Below are positions 20,268 to 30,961 of a stretch of DNA of 64,000 bases, in pieces. This DNA is from an uncultured Chloroflexia bacterium (GTDB lineage Bacteria > Chloroflexota > Limnocylindria > Limnocylindrales > CSP1-4). Position 1 is the first letter of the stretch. Each line of letters starts with the position of its first letter. The position numbers and the translations under genes are program-made. The stretch lies in contig CAWEYL010000003.1 in assembly GCA_963813335.1 (NCBI GenBank), forward strand, positions 224,001 to 288,000, in the 5' to 3' direction. The notes under the pieces were generated by a model. It searched no databases. It was not told the DNA's origin and was given only the letters and a program-made list of their open reading frames with translations.

Positions 20268-21215
20268 ATGACCGAACTGGTCTCGCCGGGCACTGTCGGT
20301 CCCGGCCAGGTGACGTGGTGGTCCGACCTACGCGACCGGCTGCCCAGCACCCCGCTGAGCGGCTGGATCGTCGCGGGCGCCGTGTGGCTGGGCATCGTGG
20401 TCCTCGCCCGGCCGGAGATGGGCCCATGGCGGACCGGACAGGACGCGATCTCCTACTGGGCCCCGCGTCTCGCGGCCCCGTACGCGCAGGCCGACTGGAC
20501 GACCGTCGGCGCGTACGTCTACTCGCCGGCCTTCCTGCAGCTCGTGTCGCCGCTCCAGCACCTGCCCTGGCTGGTCTTCATGGGCGTCTGGACGGCGCTG
20601 CTGCTGGCCGCGGTCCGGTTCCTGACCGGGCCGTCGCTGTTCGCGATCGGCGTCCTGCTGGCCACGGCCGAGCTGATCGGCGGGAACATCTCCCTGCTGC
20701 TCGCGGTCGCGATCGTCATCGGCTTCCGCTGGCCGGCTGCCTGGGGCCTGGTGCTGCTGACCAAGGTCACGCCCGGCGTGGGCCTCCTGTGGTTCGCCGT
20801 GCGCCGCGAATGGCGGAGTCTCGGGATCGCCTTCGGCGCGACCGTCGCGGTGGCGGTCGTCTCCTACACGATGATGCCGTGGGCCTGGGCGGAATGGGTC
20901 TCGGTCCTCACCAACGTCGCGGGTCGCAACGGCACGTGGGCCGCTGTGCCGATCCCGCTCGTGGTCCGCCTTCCGGTCGCGGTCGCGATCGTGGTCTGGG
21001 GCGCCCGGACCGATCGCCGCTGGGCGGTGCCGGTCGCCTCGATGCTCGCGCTGCCCGCGCTCTGGTACGGCGGCCTGTCGATGCTCCTGGCGGTCATCGT
21101 GCTGCAGCGCGAGCCGTGGAAGTCGGTCGGGCCGGGCGGCCCGTCACCGGTTTCGAGCGAGGTGCCCGCCGTCGCGGCATCCGCGGTCGAATCGGTGTCC
21201 GCGACCGCGTCCTGA
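20268..21215 (+). CDS. GT87/DUF2029-like polytopic membrane glycosyltransferase
   Basis: DAISYW, YVYSPAF, GNI and LLTKVTPG motifs; multiple TM helices. Confidence 0.7.
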   Translation: MTELVSPGTVGPGQVTWWSDLRDRLPSTPLSGWIVAGAVWLGIVVLARPEMGPWRTGQDAISYWAPRLAAPYAQADWTTVGAYVYSPAFLQLVSPLQHLPWLVFMGVWTALLLAAVRFLTGPSLFAIGVLLATAELIGGNISLLLAVAIVIGFRWPAAWGLVLLTKVTPGVGLLWFAVRREWRSLGIAFGATVAVAVVSYTMMPWAWAEWVSVLTNVAGRNGTWAAVPIPLVVRLPVAVAIVVWGARTDRRWAVPVASMLALPALWYGGLSMLLAVIVLQREPWKSVGPGGPSPVSSEVPAVAASAVESVSATAS

Positions 21216-21294
21216 CCTTCCCGGGGGGACGGCCGGCCCGTACCATGCCGGCAGGGCGGCCCGATCGACGAGGCCGAGCGCGACGGGGGACGGC

Positions 21295-22186
21295 GTGGCG
21301 ATCCTCGAGACCCACGACATCGGGAAGCGCTACGGCCGGCGGAACTGGGCCCTGCGCCACCTCGACCTCGTCGTCCCCGACGGGAGCATCACCGCGCTCG
21401 TCGGCCCCAACGGCTCGGGCAAATCCACGCTCCTCAAGGCCTGGGTCGGCTTCGAGCGGCCGACCGAGGGCCGCCTCACGGTCGACGGGATCGACCCGTG
21501 GAAGGACCGCGGCGGCGCACTCGCGCGGATCGGCTACGTCCCCCAGGCACCGTCGCTGTACCGCGAGCTGACGGTCGACGAGCACGTGCGGATGGCCGAG
21601 ACGCTGCGGCCGGGCTTCGAGCCCTCGATCGCCTACCGGCGGCTGGACGACCTGGCCATCCCGCTCGGATCGCAGGCGGACGAGCTGTCCGGCGGGCAGC
21701 AGGCCCAGGTGGGGCTGGCGCTGGCGCTCGGGACGCGCGCGCCGGTGCTGCTGCTCGACGAGCCGCTCGCGAGCCTGGATCCACTGGCACGCCGCGAGTT
21801 CCTCCACGTCCTGGTCGACGCGGTCCGGGCCGACGGCGCGACCGCCCTCCTGTCGTCCCACGTCATCACCGACATCGAGCAGGCGTGCGACCGGCTGCTG
21901 GTCCTCGGCGGCGGGCGGACCCTCCTCGACGTGTCGATCGCGGGCGCCATCGCCGCCCATCGCGTGGTCGAGGTCGGCGCCGACGGCGCGATCGCCGGAC
22001 TCGCGGCCGGCGGTCCGGCCTCGGTGGTCGGGACGGTTCCCCGGTCCCGCCGGCGAGCGGCTGGCGCTCGTGCGCGAGGCCGGCGACCTCGGACGCGCCT
22101 CGACCCTCGAGGAGGTCGTCCTCGGCCACCTGGCGGCCGGACGGACCCCGGCGACCCGCGTGACGGCAGGAGCGCAGGCAGCATGA
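21295..22186 (+). CDS. ABC transporter ATP-binding protein (frameshift near 22045)
   Basis: GPNGSGKS, LSGGQ, LLLDEP and SSH; shifted frame ends TLEEVVLGHL at an ATGA overlap. Confidence 0.88.
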
Positions 22187-23131
22187 CCCTCCGGCGGATC
22201 CGGCTGACGCTGCGACTGCACCGCTTCGAGGTCTACAGCTTCGGGATCGGGCTGGTGCTGGTCTCGATCGCCGCCTTCGCCGTGGCGACCTACATCGACA
22301 GCCTCAAGCCCGGGATCGAGTGCTTCCCGGACACCGGCGAGGTGACGCCGGCCTGCCAGCGCGCCCTGGACAAGTACTGGGGCGCCCAGCAGTCGCTGGG
22401 CACGCTGCTGGGGACCCCGACGCTGATCCTGACATCGGTCATCGGGCTGTTCCTCGGCGTGCCGATCGTCGGGCGCGAGATCGAGCGCGGCACGACCCGG
22501 CTGGCCTGGTCGCTGAGCCCGTCGCGCTGGAGCTGGTACCTCTCGCGGGTCCTGCCACTGGCGGTGGTGGTCGTGGTCGCCTCGTTCGTGGCGGGTGTCG
22601 CCATGGACCGGTTCTTCGGGGCGAGCACGCCGAACCAGGACCTGACCCAGTCGTTCGCCGGCTATGGCGCCCGTGGCGGCCTGCTGGCGGCTCGGGCGAT
22701 CTTCCTCTTCGGCCTGGCGGTCGTGGCCGGCGCATTGATCGGTCGGGCGCTGCCGGCGCTCATCGTCGCCGGGCTGCTGAGCGCGATCGCGCTCTCCGCC
22801 GGCGAGAACTTCTACCAGCAGGTCCTGCTCCGCCCGGAAGCGATCCCGGTGGCGATGACCGACTACTCGTACCGGGGCAACCAGCCCCTCTACTTCGACA
22901 CGCGCTGGCAGCTCAAGGACGGGACACTGGTCGGGTACGAGTACTTCGGCGACCAGGGGCCGCCGTTCGACGAGAACACGGGCGAACCGCTCTACCCACA
23001 GTTCCAGCTGGTGATCCCCGGCACGCAGTACCGCTGGGTCGAGACCCGCGAGGCGGCGGCGCTGGTCGGCGCGTCGGTCGTGGCGCATCCTGATCGGCGG
23101 CGTCGTCGTCCAGCGGCGCCGCCCGGGCTAG
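22183..23131 (+). CDS. ABC-2 type permease (frameshift near 23085)
   Basis: GVPIVGREIERGTTRLAWSLSPSRWSW and several TM helices. Confidence 0.82.
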
Positions 23132-23173
23132 ACGGGGCGGTCGCGGAGCAGGCGCCGGCCGCCACCGAGCGGA

Positions 23174-24430
23174 TCAGGCGCCGGCCGGCACCCTCGATCC
23201 GGCGCCGACGCGTCGCGCGAAGACGGTCGCCGCCCCGAACAGGAAGACCGTGCCGCCGGCGATGAACGGCCCGGCCACGCCGCCGACCGAGGCCAGCGCG
23301 GCGCCGATGGCGGGGCCGACGATCCCCGCCGCGTACAGCGGCAGGTAGACCAGATTGAGCGTGGCCGAGCGGCGGTCGGCCGGCACGTCGAGCGCCAGCA
23401 GCCCGAAGATCATCGAGCTGACGGTCGCCGTCGAGACGCCGAGGACCACCGCGAGCAGGGCGAGCGCCGGGACGGCGGGCGCGAGCGGCATGAGCAGCAG
23501 GATCACGCCGCCACAGGTCAGCGCCGCGATGAGCACCGGCCGGAAGCCGATCCGGTCGCCCAGGAGTCCGCCGAGCGGCGAGAACAGCGCGCCGACGAGC
23601 GCGGCCGCGCCCATGACGAGCGCGATCGCGGAGGCCAGGCCGGCGCCGCTGCCGGTCAGGTCCTCGACCAGGACCGGGATGTACGGCCGGCTCATCTGCG
23701 TCGCGAGGTACGAGATCCCGAAGATCAGGAAGATGCGGCGCACGGTCTTGTCGGTCAGCACCGAGCGCATCGCGCCGAAGGCCAGCCCGATCACGCCACC
23801 GGTCGGGATGATCTCCGGCCGGATCTCGCGGGTCAGGGCCACCAGCAGCGCGGTGCCCACCGACAGCCCGGACGACAGCCAGAAGACCGCGGGTAGCGAC
23901 CAGCCGAGCCCGTCGACGAGGATCCCCGCGAGCGCCGGCCCGAACGCGAAGCCGATCGGCCCCGACGAGCCGAACAGCGCGATCGTCACCCCGAGGCGGC
24001 GCAGCGGCGTCACGTCGCGGATGCCCGCCAGCATCACCCCGGTGTTGCCCAGCTGGAACCCGATGAGGAGCATCGAGAGCGCGAGCTGCCATGGCTCCCG
24101 CGAGAGCGCCACCCCGGCGAACACGACCGCTTCCACGAGGGCGCTGCGGATGATGACCGCCTTGCGGCTGTACTTGTCCGCCCACACGCCCCACAGCGGG
24201 ACCAGTGGCAGCCCGACCACGAAGACCAGCGAGCTGAAGAGGCCGACGAACGCCAGGCGGTCAGCCTCCTCGACCCCCATCTGGCGGAGGTAGGCCGGCA
24301 GCAGCGCGAAGATCTGGGCCACGCCCATCCCCTCGACCAGGCTCGTGACCCAGAAGACGGCGACGAGGAACCGCCAATCCTGCGCGGGGCGCGCGTCGAC
24401 ATGGGGTTGAGTGGGAGGGAGGTCGGGCAC
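23174..24430 (-). CDS. MFS transporter (DHA1-like)
   Basis: WGVWADKYSRK and GDRIGFR motif-A loops; 12-TM pattern. Confidence 0.9.
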   Translation of the reverse strand: MPDLPPTQPHVDARPAQDWRFLVAVFWVTSLVEGMGVAQIFALLPAYLRQMGVEEADRLAFVGLFSSLVFVVGLPLVPLWGVWADKYSRKAVIIRSALVEAVVFAGVALSREPWQLALSMLLIGFQLGNTGVMLAGIRDVTPLRRLGVTIALFGSSGPIGFAFGPALAGILVDGLGWSLPAVFWLSSGLSVGTALLVALTREIRPEIIPTGGVIGLAFGAMRSVLTDKTVRRIFLIFGISYLATQMSRPYIPVLVEDLTGSGAGLASAIALVMGAAALVGALFSPLGGLLGDRIGFRPVLIAALTCGGVILLLMPLAPAVPALALLAVVLGVSTATVSSMIFGLLALDVPADRRSATLNLVYLPLYAAGIVGPAIGAALASVGGVAGPFIAGGTVFLFGAATVFARRVGAGSRVPAGA

Positions 24431-24515
24431 GGGGGAAGCCTAGCGGACGTCCGGCTCGGTCCGTTGCGGTCCGGGTCCGGGTCCGGCGGCCGTCACCTGG
24501 CGGGACGCGCGAAAG

Positions 24516-24701
24516 CGCCCGAAGGAACTGGTGGGAGCCCAGCCGTTCAGCGGGTCCAGTGGCTACGAACAAGTCCGCAGTCCCTGGTCGCCGCCGGGTC
24601 CCTCGCTCGCTGGCCTTGCGGCCGGCGAACCCGGTTCCCGGGACCGTCCCGTGGATCACTCCTCGGACCGGTCTGGCGGTTCACATCTGCCCCTTCGGGC
24701 A
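24516..24701 (-). ncRNA. ssrS: Probable 6S RNA
   Basis: About 186-nt intergenic segment folding by eye into one long interrupted hairpin: GCCCGAAGG/CCUUCGGGC closing stem, GGUCC/GGACC, GGUCCC/GGGACU, CCGGGUUC/GGACCCGG and a GGCC-GCAA-GGCC apex; TACATT -10 box 7 nt upstream. Confidence 0.7.
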
Positions 24702-24707
24702 AGACGA

Positions 24708-24713
24708 AATGTA
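24708..24713 (-). promoter_or_regulatory. -10 element (TACATT) for the putative 6S RNA
   Basis: Correct spacing to the 5' end of the closing stem. Confidence 0.55.
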
Positions 24714-24727
24714 CGGTGCGAGGTCCG

Positions 24728-24817
24728 ACATCCACAACGGGCTTATCCACGAACTTCGTGGTAACGGGTCCGACCTTATCCCCAAGTTCGTGGACGTTGT
24801 GGACGAGTTGTGGATAC
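24728..24817. promoter_or_regulatory. Cluster of DnaA-box-like 9-mers
   Basis: ACATCCACA 24728, TTATCCACG 24743, TTATCCCCA 24776, and reverse-oriented TGTGGACGA 24798 and TGTGGATAC 24809; each has 1-2 mismatches to TTATCCACA. Confidence 0.6.
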
Positions 24818-24838
24818 TCGTCGTGGAGGTTGCCGCCC

Positions 24839-25708
24839 ATGGCCCACCTGCTCAGCCGGCTTGTCGCCCTCAACGATCGCTGGGCGCAGCCGTTCGGGGA
24901 CTTCAACCACCGCTGGCTGAACGCCTTGTTCCGCCCGCTCGGTCCGGTCAAGGACCTGCTCCACGGTCGCTGGCTCGGCCACCCGCTCCACGGCGCCACC
25001 ACGGACCTGCCCATCGGGCTGCTCCTGGGGACCGTCGTCCTGGACCTCGTCGGCCAGCGCGCGGCCGCGGACATCGCCCTGGTCGCCACGATCCTCGCGA
25101 TCCTGCTCGCGGCGATGTCCGGCCTGGCCGACTATGCCGACACGGATGGGACGGCCCGGACCCGCGCGACGACCCACGGGACCCTGATGACGGTCGGGCT
25201 CGTGGTCCTGCTGGTGTCGCTCGTCGCGCGGGCCGGCGACCCGGCCGACCGGACCATCCCGGTCGCGCTCTCGATCGTCGGGCTGCTCGTGATCACCGCC
25301 GGCGCCTTCGTCGGCGGCGACGTCGTCTACGTGCTCGGCAACATGGTCAGCCGGCACGCGTTCCGTGGCGCGGGCACCAAGTGGATCAAGCTCGACACGG
25401 GCGAGATCGCCGACCTCGCCGCCCTGCCCGAGGCGACCCCGACGAAGATGCGGGCCGGCATCAACGACCTCCTGGTCGTGCGCATCGGCGACACCGTCCA
25501 CGCACTCCACGCCGTGTGTGCGCACGCCGGCGGTCCGCTCGAGAAGGGCACCGTCGCCGACGGCTGCGTGCAGTGCCCGTGGCACGCCTCCCGGTTCCGG
25601 CTCGCCGACGGCCACGTCGTGCGCGGGCCGTCGGTCTACGACCAGCCGTCGTACGAGATCCGCGCGGCCGAGGGCGGCGGCTACGAGGTCCGGCGCGCGA
25701 GCGCGTGA
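24839..25708 (+). CDS. DUF2231 membrane domain + Rieske [2Fe-2S] protein
   Basis: LHGRWLGHPLHG membrane domain; Rieske ligands CAHAG and CPWHASRF. Confidence 0.9.
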   Translation: MAHLLSRLVALNDRWAQPFGDFNHRWLNALFRPLGPVKDLLHGRWLGHPLHGATTDLPIGLLLGTVVLDLVGQRAAADIALVATILAILLAAMSGLADYADTDGTARTRATTHGTLMTVGLVVLLVSLVARAGDPADRTIPVALSIVGLLVITAGAFVGGDVVYVLGNMVSRHAFRGAGTKWIKLDTGEIADLAALPEATPTKMRAGINDLLVVRIGDTVHALHAVCAHAGGPLEKGTVADGCVQCPWHASRFRLADGHVVRGPSVYDQPSYEIRAAEGGGYEVRRASA

Positions 25709-25729
25709 CGCGAGCCGCATCATCGCCGG

Positions 25730-26257
25730 ATGCGGACCGTCGAGATCCCCGACCCGTCGCTCGTCCTGCTGGTCGGCGCGGCCGGCGCCGGGAAGTCCAC
25801 CCTGGCCGCACGGCTGTTCGAGGCCGACGAGATCCTCTCGTCCGACGCCTACCGCGCGCGGATCTCGGGGGACGCCGCGGACCAGCGGGCGACGCGCGCC
25901 GCGTTCGAGCAGCTCCACCGGGCCCTGGCGGCCCGCCTCGCGGCGGGCCGGCTGACCGTGCTGGACGCCACGAACCTCGAGCGCAGCGCCCGACGGGCCG
26001 GGATCGTCCGGGCCAGGGCCGCCGGCGTGCCGGTCGTGGCGATCGTCCTGGACCTGCCAGCGGCCGTGGTCCTCGCCCGGAACGCGGGCCGGACCGAGCG
26101 GGTCGTCGACCGGGCCGTGGTGGGCCGGCACCTGGCGGCGGTCCGCTCGACCCTCGACGGCGGACAGCTGCCCGTCGAGGGGATCGACGCGATCGTGCTC
26201 CTCGGATCGCCCGGGGCCGTGGATGAGCTGCGGATCGAGCGCCGCCGGCGGGCCTAG
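25730..26257 (+). CDS. AAA_33/polynucleotide-kinase-like P-loop protein
   Basis: GAAGAGKST, ILSSD and VLDATN. Confidence 0.85.
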   Translation: MRTVEIPDPSLVLLVGAAGAGKSTLAARLFEADEILSSDAYRARISGDAADQRATRAAFEQLHRALAARLAAGRLTVLDATNLERSARRAGIVRARAAGVPVVAIVLDLPAAVVLARNAGRTERVVDRAVVGRHLAAVRSTLDGGQLPVEGIDAIVLLGSPGAVDELRIERRRRA

Positions 26258-27111
26258 GCGCTGCCGATCCCGATGAGCGCGACCGCCACCGACGCCAGCA
26301 CGATGCCGACCGCGTGCGAACGGGTGACCCGCTCGTGGAGGACGACGGTGGCGAGGATGACCGTCGTCACCGGGTAGAGCCCGGAGACCACCGCCGCGAT
26401 CGCGAGCGCCCCGGTCTGCACGGCCGCGATGTAGCCGGCGTTGCCGGCCATGTCCAGGACGCCGATGGCGAGCAGGACCGGCAGGAGGTTCGCCGTCGGG
26501 CGCCACGCCGACCGGGTGACGAGGATGACCGCGACGATCAGCACCGCCTCGGACCCGCGGACGATCGCGAGCGGCGCGAACACGTGCCCGTCCGAGATCT
26601 GGTTGATGACCACGCCGAACAAGCCGATGGTCGTGCCGGCCAGCAGCGCGAGCCCCAGGCCCTGGCGCCCGCCGCCCTCGTCGGTGACGCGCGAGACCAG
26701 GACGACGGCCACGAGCGCCAGGCCGATCCCGACCAGCACCATCGTGGCCGGGAGGCCCTCGAGGACGATCCCGGCGACGACCGGGATGAGCGCGGCGAGG
26801 ACGCCGGTCACCGGTGCGACGATCCCCATCCGGCCGACGGCGAGGCCGCGATAGAGCGCGGTGATGCCGATCCCGCCGAGGATCCCGCCGAGGACGGACC
26901 ACGCGATGTCCGCCTCCGTCAGGCCCGGTTCGTGGCGCAGGATCGCGAGCCCGGCGGCGATCGCCATGCCGGTGAGCTGCGAGACGAGGACGACGCCGTA
27001 CACCGGCGTGCGCCGACTGGTCAGCCCGCCCGCGAAGTCGCCGGCACCCCAGGTGATCGCCGAGGTGAGCGCGAGCAGGAGCGTCGCGACCGACGGGTCG
27101 AGACCGGTCAG
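26254..27111 (-). CDS. DMT/EamA family transporter (possible CTG start)
   Basis: The frame extends past the track start through WGAGDFAGG to a CTGA overlap with the upstream stop; YRGLAVGRMGIVAP and SGLYPVTTV motifs. Confidence 0.85.
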   Translation of the reverse strand: MTGLDPSVATLLLALTSAITWGAGDFAGGLTSRRTPVYGVVLVSQLTGMAIAAGLAILRHEPGLTEADIAWSVLGGILGGIGITALYRGLAVGRMGIVAPVTGVLAALIPVVAGIVLEGLPATMVLVGIGLALVAVVLVSRVTDEGGGRQGLGLALLAGTTIGLFGVVINQISDGHVFAPLAIVRGSEAVLIVAVILVTRSAWRPTANLLPVLLAIGVLDMAGNAGYIAAVQTGALAIAAVVSGLYPVTTVILATVVLHERVTRSHAVGIVLASVAVALIGIGSA

Positions 27112-29400
27112 GGGGCGGGCTCGGTGGCGGGCGCGGCCGATGCGGCCTCTGGCGAGGCCGACGCGACGGGCTCTGGCGTTGCCTCCGGAGCCGCGGGTGC
27201 GGCCGGCGCGTCGGGCAGGATCGGGTCGGTCACGGGCGCCGGCGCGTCGTCGACCAGCGTCGGGCCGGGCAGCTCGACGACCGAGGCCGCGACCTTGTCG
27301 TAGCGGTCCGAGGTCGTCAGGTAGATCACCTGGAAGTCGGACGCCACCGCCCGCAGCAGCTCGAGGGCGCGGGCGGCGCGCTCGTCGTCGAGCGTCACGA
27401 ACGGGTCATCGAGGATCAGCGGCGGCCGGCGGTCGCCGGTCACGAGCCGGACCAGGCCGAGCCGGGCGGTCAGGTAGACCAGGTCCATCGTCCCCTGGCT
27501 CAGGGCCGAGACCTTGACCCAGTCGCGCTTCTCGGGAGCGCGGACCTCGATGTCCAGCGTCCGGTCGTCGACCCGCACGTGCCGATACCGGCCACCGGTG
27601 ACGATCGTGAGATCGCCGACCATCCGCGCCTCGAGGAAGCGGGTGGCGGTCTTCATCGTGGCCTGCTCCGCGCGGTCGATGGCCGCGAGCGTGCCGCCGT
27701 AGACGCGCTGGCGCCGCTCGAGCGTCGCGTATTGCTCGCGCCACATCGCCAGGCGTTCGGCCTGCCCGGCGACCTGCTCGGCATCGACGGTGTTGGCCTC
27801 GACTCGGGCCCGCGCATTGGCCTCGTCGTCGCGGGTCCGCTCCAGCGCCGATTCCTGCTCGCGGACCTCCACCTCGAGGCGCTCGCGCGCCCGGGGCTCC
27901 TTGGCGATCGGCCCGAGCGCGTCGATGGCGCTCGCTTTCTGGGCGATCTCCAGGGCGGCCGCGTCGCGGACGGTGGTCAGGGAATCGGGCGGCTCCTTGC
28001 CGACCAGGCCGTCGCGCTGGGCCGTGAGGCGGTCCATCTGGGCGACGTGCGCCTCCTCGGCCGCGAGCAGCGTCTCCGCCGCGGGCAGGTCGTCGAGGCC
28101 GAGCGAGGCAAGGCGGCGGGCCGTGTCCGCCTCGCACTGGGCCAGCTCGGCCTCCATCTCGGAGCGGCCGCGCAGGCGGCGGTCGATCTCGACGTCGCGG
28201 AGCTGCTCCCCCATCGAGTAGCTGCGCCGCTGGCCGACCGCGACCCCGCCGAGGATCAGGCCGATGCCGGCGATGATGCCGCCGACGACCGCCGGGATGA
28301 TCCCGAGGCTCGCGATCTTGAGCACGTTGGCGGCGACCGACACGATCGAGACCAGCAGGCCGATGACGATCAGGGCGATCGAGATGCGCGAGACCGACCG
28401 CCAGGTGGTGGGCTCCGGCGCGACCTCGAACTTGACGTTGACCTCGCCGGCCAGCGCGGCCCGCAGCTCCCGTGCCCGCACGTCGAGCGAGCGCAGCCGG
28501 TCGACGCCGGCGCGGATGACGGGCAGCGGGTTCAGCGACGGGTGGGTGCTCGCCAGCTGGTCCAGCTGCGCGGTGACCTCGACCGCCTGGCGGTAGCGCT
28601 CGTAGCGCTCCTGGGCCGCGTCGCGCTCGGCCATCAGGCGCTCCGCCTGCCGCGCCTTCTCGAGCATGCTCCGGCGCTCGGCGAGGATGAGCTCGGTCTC
28701 GGCGCGCCGGTCGTGCGCGCCCGCGAGCGCGTCGCGGTCCGCTGCCAGCTGGGCCAGCGCCGCCTCGCCCTGCTCGACCGCGGTCTGGGCCTTCCCGACC
28801 GCCTGCTCCGCCACCTTGAGCCGGCCCGGGTTCTTGTCGCCCTTGGTGGTCAGGTCGTGGATGGCCTTGTCGAGCTTCTTGCGGGCCCGGCTGGTGCCGC
28901 GGTCGGCGCCGCTGATGGAGGCCTGCAGCCGGTCGCGCAGGGACGCCTCGTCGCGCGTGAGGTCGTCGAGCTCCTGGTGGCGGATCGAGGCCGTGGCGCG
29001 GAAGAAGCCCTCGGTGGGGATGCCGGTCAGCTCCGCGATGATCTGGTCCGCCAGCGCCGGGTCGTCGATCGACTGGCCGTCGTATTCGAGGCGGACCGTG
29101 CCGCGTGAGCCCGCGAATGTCTTCTCGAGCGTGCCGCGCTTCTGGCCGTCCTCGTCGTCCTGCTCGAACTCGATGGTGACGACGGACCTGCGCCTCCGGC
29201 GCGGCGTCCCACGGTCGAAGGGATTCGAGGTCGCTGGCCGCGCTGGTGACGCGACGGGTGATGGCCAGCTCGATCGCGCGCTGGATGGTGGTCTTGCCGG
29301 CCTCGTTGGGCCCGCGCACGACGGTCAGCCCGGGTGCGAGGTCGATGTCGAGCTCGCGGTAGCGGCGGACCTCCCTGAGCTGGAGGCGGCGGATCCTCAC
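27108..29400 (-). CDS. SMC/Rad50-like ATPase (YhaN/SbcE-like) with internal TM hairpin (frameshift near 29190)
   Basis: N-terminal GPNEAGKTT, coiled coil, C-terminal LSQGTMD signature and PLILDDPFV Walker B. Confidence 0.88.
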
Positions 29401-30567
29401 AGCGAGATCTCCTGCCCGGCGAGCAGCAGACGGCCGAGCCGGAGCGAATCGCGGAGCTCGGCGGCCTCGTCCACCTGGCCGGCCTTCTCGCAGGCGGCGA
29501 TGCGCGCCTCGAGGTCGCGGATGAAGGCGCCGGCGACGGTGTCGGGCGACGGCAGCGACGCCGCTCGTGAGCGCCGGCATCGACCGGTCGCGGACGCGCA
29601 CCTTGAGGAACGAGGGCGCGAGGCGCGCCTCGACCTCGTCGATGTCGAGGTCGAGGTCGTCCGGCCGGACCCCGACGAGCCGGACGTCGAGCACGAGGTC
29701 CGGGTCGGCGCGCTTCTCGAGCGTGTCGATCAGCGTGGGTTGGCTCTTGATCGTGGCGGCGTCGAGCTCGGTCCGGTCGAACCGGGTCCGTCCGACGACG
29801 CGCTCCTCGACGGTCACGATCCGCTTGCCGGGCGCCTCGTCCAGCTCGATCAGCAGCACCTTGCCGGCCCGGTCCTGGTCCAGGGCGACCGGCTCCGGTG
29901 CGCCCGAGTACGCATACGTCACGGTCCCGCCGCGCCCCTGCTGGGACGAGTGCCAGTGCCCGAGGGCGAGATAGTCGAGATGGCTGGCCGCGATCTCGTC
30001 GACCGTGAAGACGACCTCGTCGCGGTCCGTCTTGCCCGGGATCGACAGCGAGCCATGGATCATCCCGATGCGCCACTTGCCGGCGGGCTCCGCCTTGGCG
30101 GCGTCGAACCCAGCGAGCGGACTGGCCGGGGCACGCTTGGTGGCGAAGACCCGGCCATGGACGACCGTGTCGATCGCATTCAGGTAGACGGCCGGCTGGT
30201 CCGGCGTGAGGACCGTCAGGAAGTCGTCCGCCTCGGTGCTGCCGGCGAGGGTCTTGAGGTCGTACGCGCGGTAGATCGACGCGCGGTCGTAGACGTCGTG
30301 GGTGCCCGGGATGATGACGGTCCGGATGCGCGCCTCGACCAGGCGAGCCAGCTCGGCGGCGACGCGCTCCACGGAACGGCGCGGCTGCACGTTGGAGTCG
30401 AACAGGTCGCCGGCGATCAGGACCAGGTCGACGCGCTCCGCGATGGCGAGGTCCACCGTGGCGGTGAACGCCGCGAACTGACGCTCGCGCTGGGCAGCCG
30501 CCTGCTCTCCGAGGTCATCGTGACGGGCGCCGAGATGGACGTCGGCGGTGTGGATGATCCGTAGCAT
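29397..30567 (-). CDS. SbcD/Mre11-family DNA repair metallophosphoesterase (frameshift near 29560)
   Basis: HTADVHLG, AGDLFD, PGTHD, HGS, YLALGHWH and YSGAPE. Confidence 0.92.
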
Positions 30568-30961
30568 CCGGTTTGTGGCGGGCCTCCCTCGACGGTCGCG
30601 GCCGGACGATGCGCCACCCGGGATTCGCCGGGCCCCGATCGGACCGCCGGAGCGGCCCGCGGGTCCGGCGCGAGCGAGGCGCCCCCATGACTCCCCGCTC
30701 GCCACCCCGGATGCTCGGCGGTCATTGTGACAGGTACGGTGTCACGGCCGCCACCGCAGCCGGCCCCGCTCCTGCCGGATTCGGCGACTCGTCGTATCAT
30801 CCCCGACCTACCACCCGGTGCGCCCCGAGACGCGGGCCGATACGGCACTTGGGTCGCGCGCCCCGGCTTCTCCCGCCAGACCTCGCCCGTCCCGTCCGCC
30901 GATGCGGCTGCCCTCCGGACGCACGCAGTACCAGCGAGCACCCGCCGCCCGGAGGACCCAA

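Noticed and set aside
21295-23265. ABC ATPase-permease fusion
   Set aside because: A frameshift near 22045 hides the ATPase stop at the ATGA overlap
24455-24487. Short GGTCCG-type tandem repeats as CRISPR or iterons
   Set aside because: Only a few 6-bp units, with no spacers and no cas or rep genes
27406-30705. 1099-aa Mre11-Rad50 fusion
   Set aside because: Artefact of indels near 29560 and 29190; a GTGA overlap at 29397-29400 marks two genes
30726-30746. CRP/FNR site (TGTGA...TCACG)
   Set aside because: The spacer is 11 nt rather than the required 6
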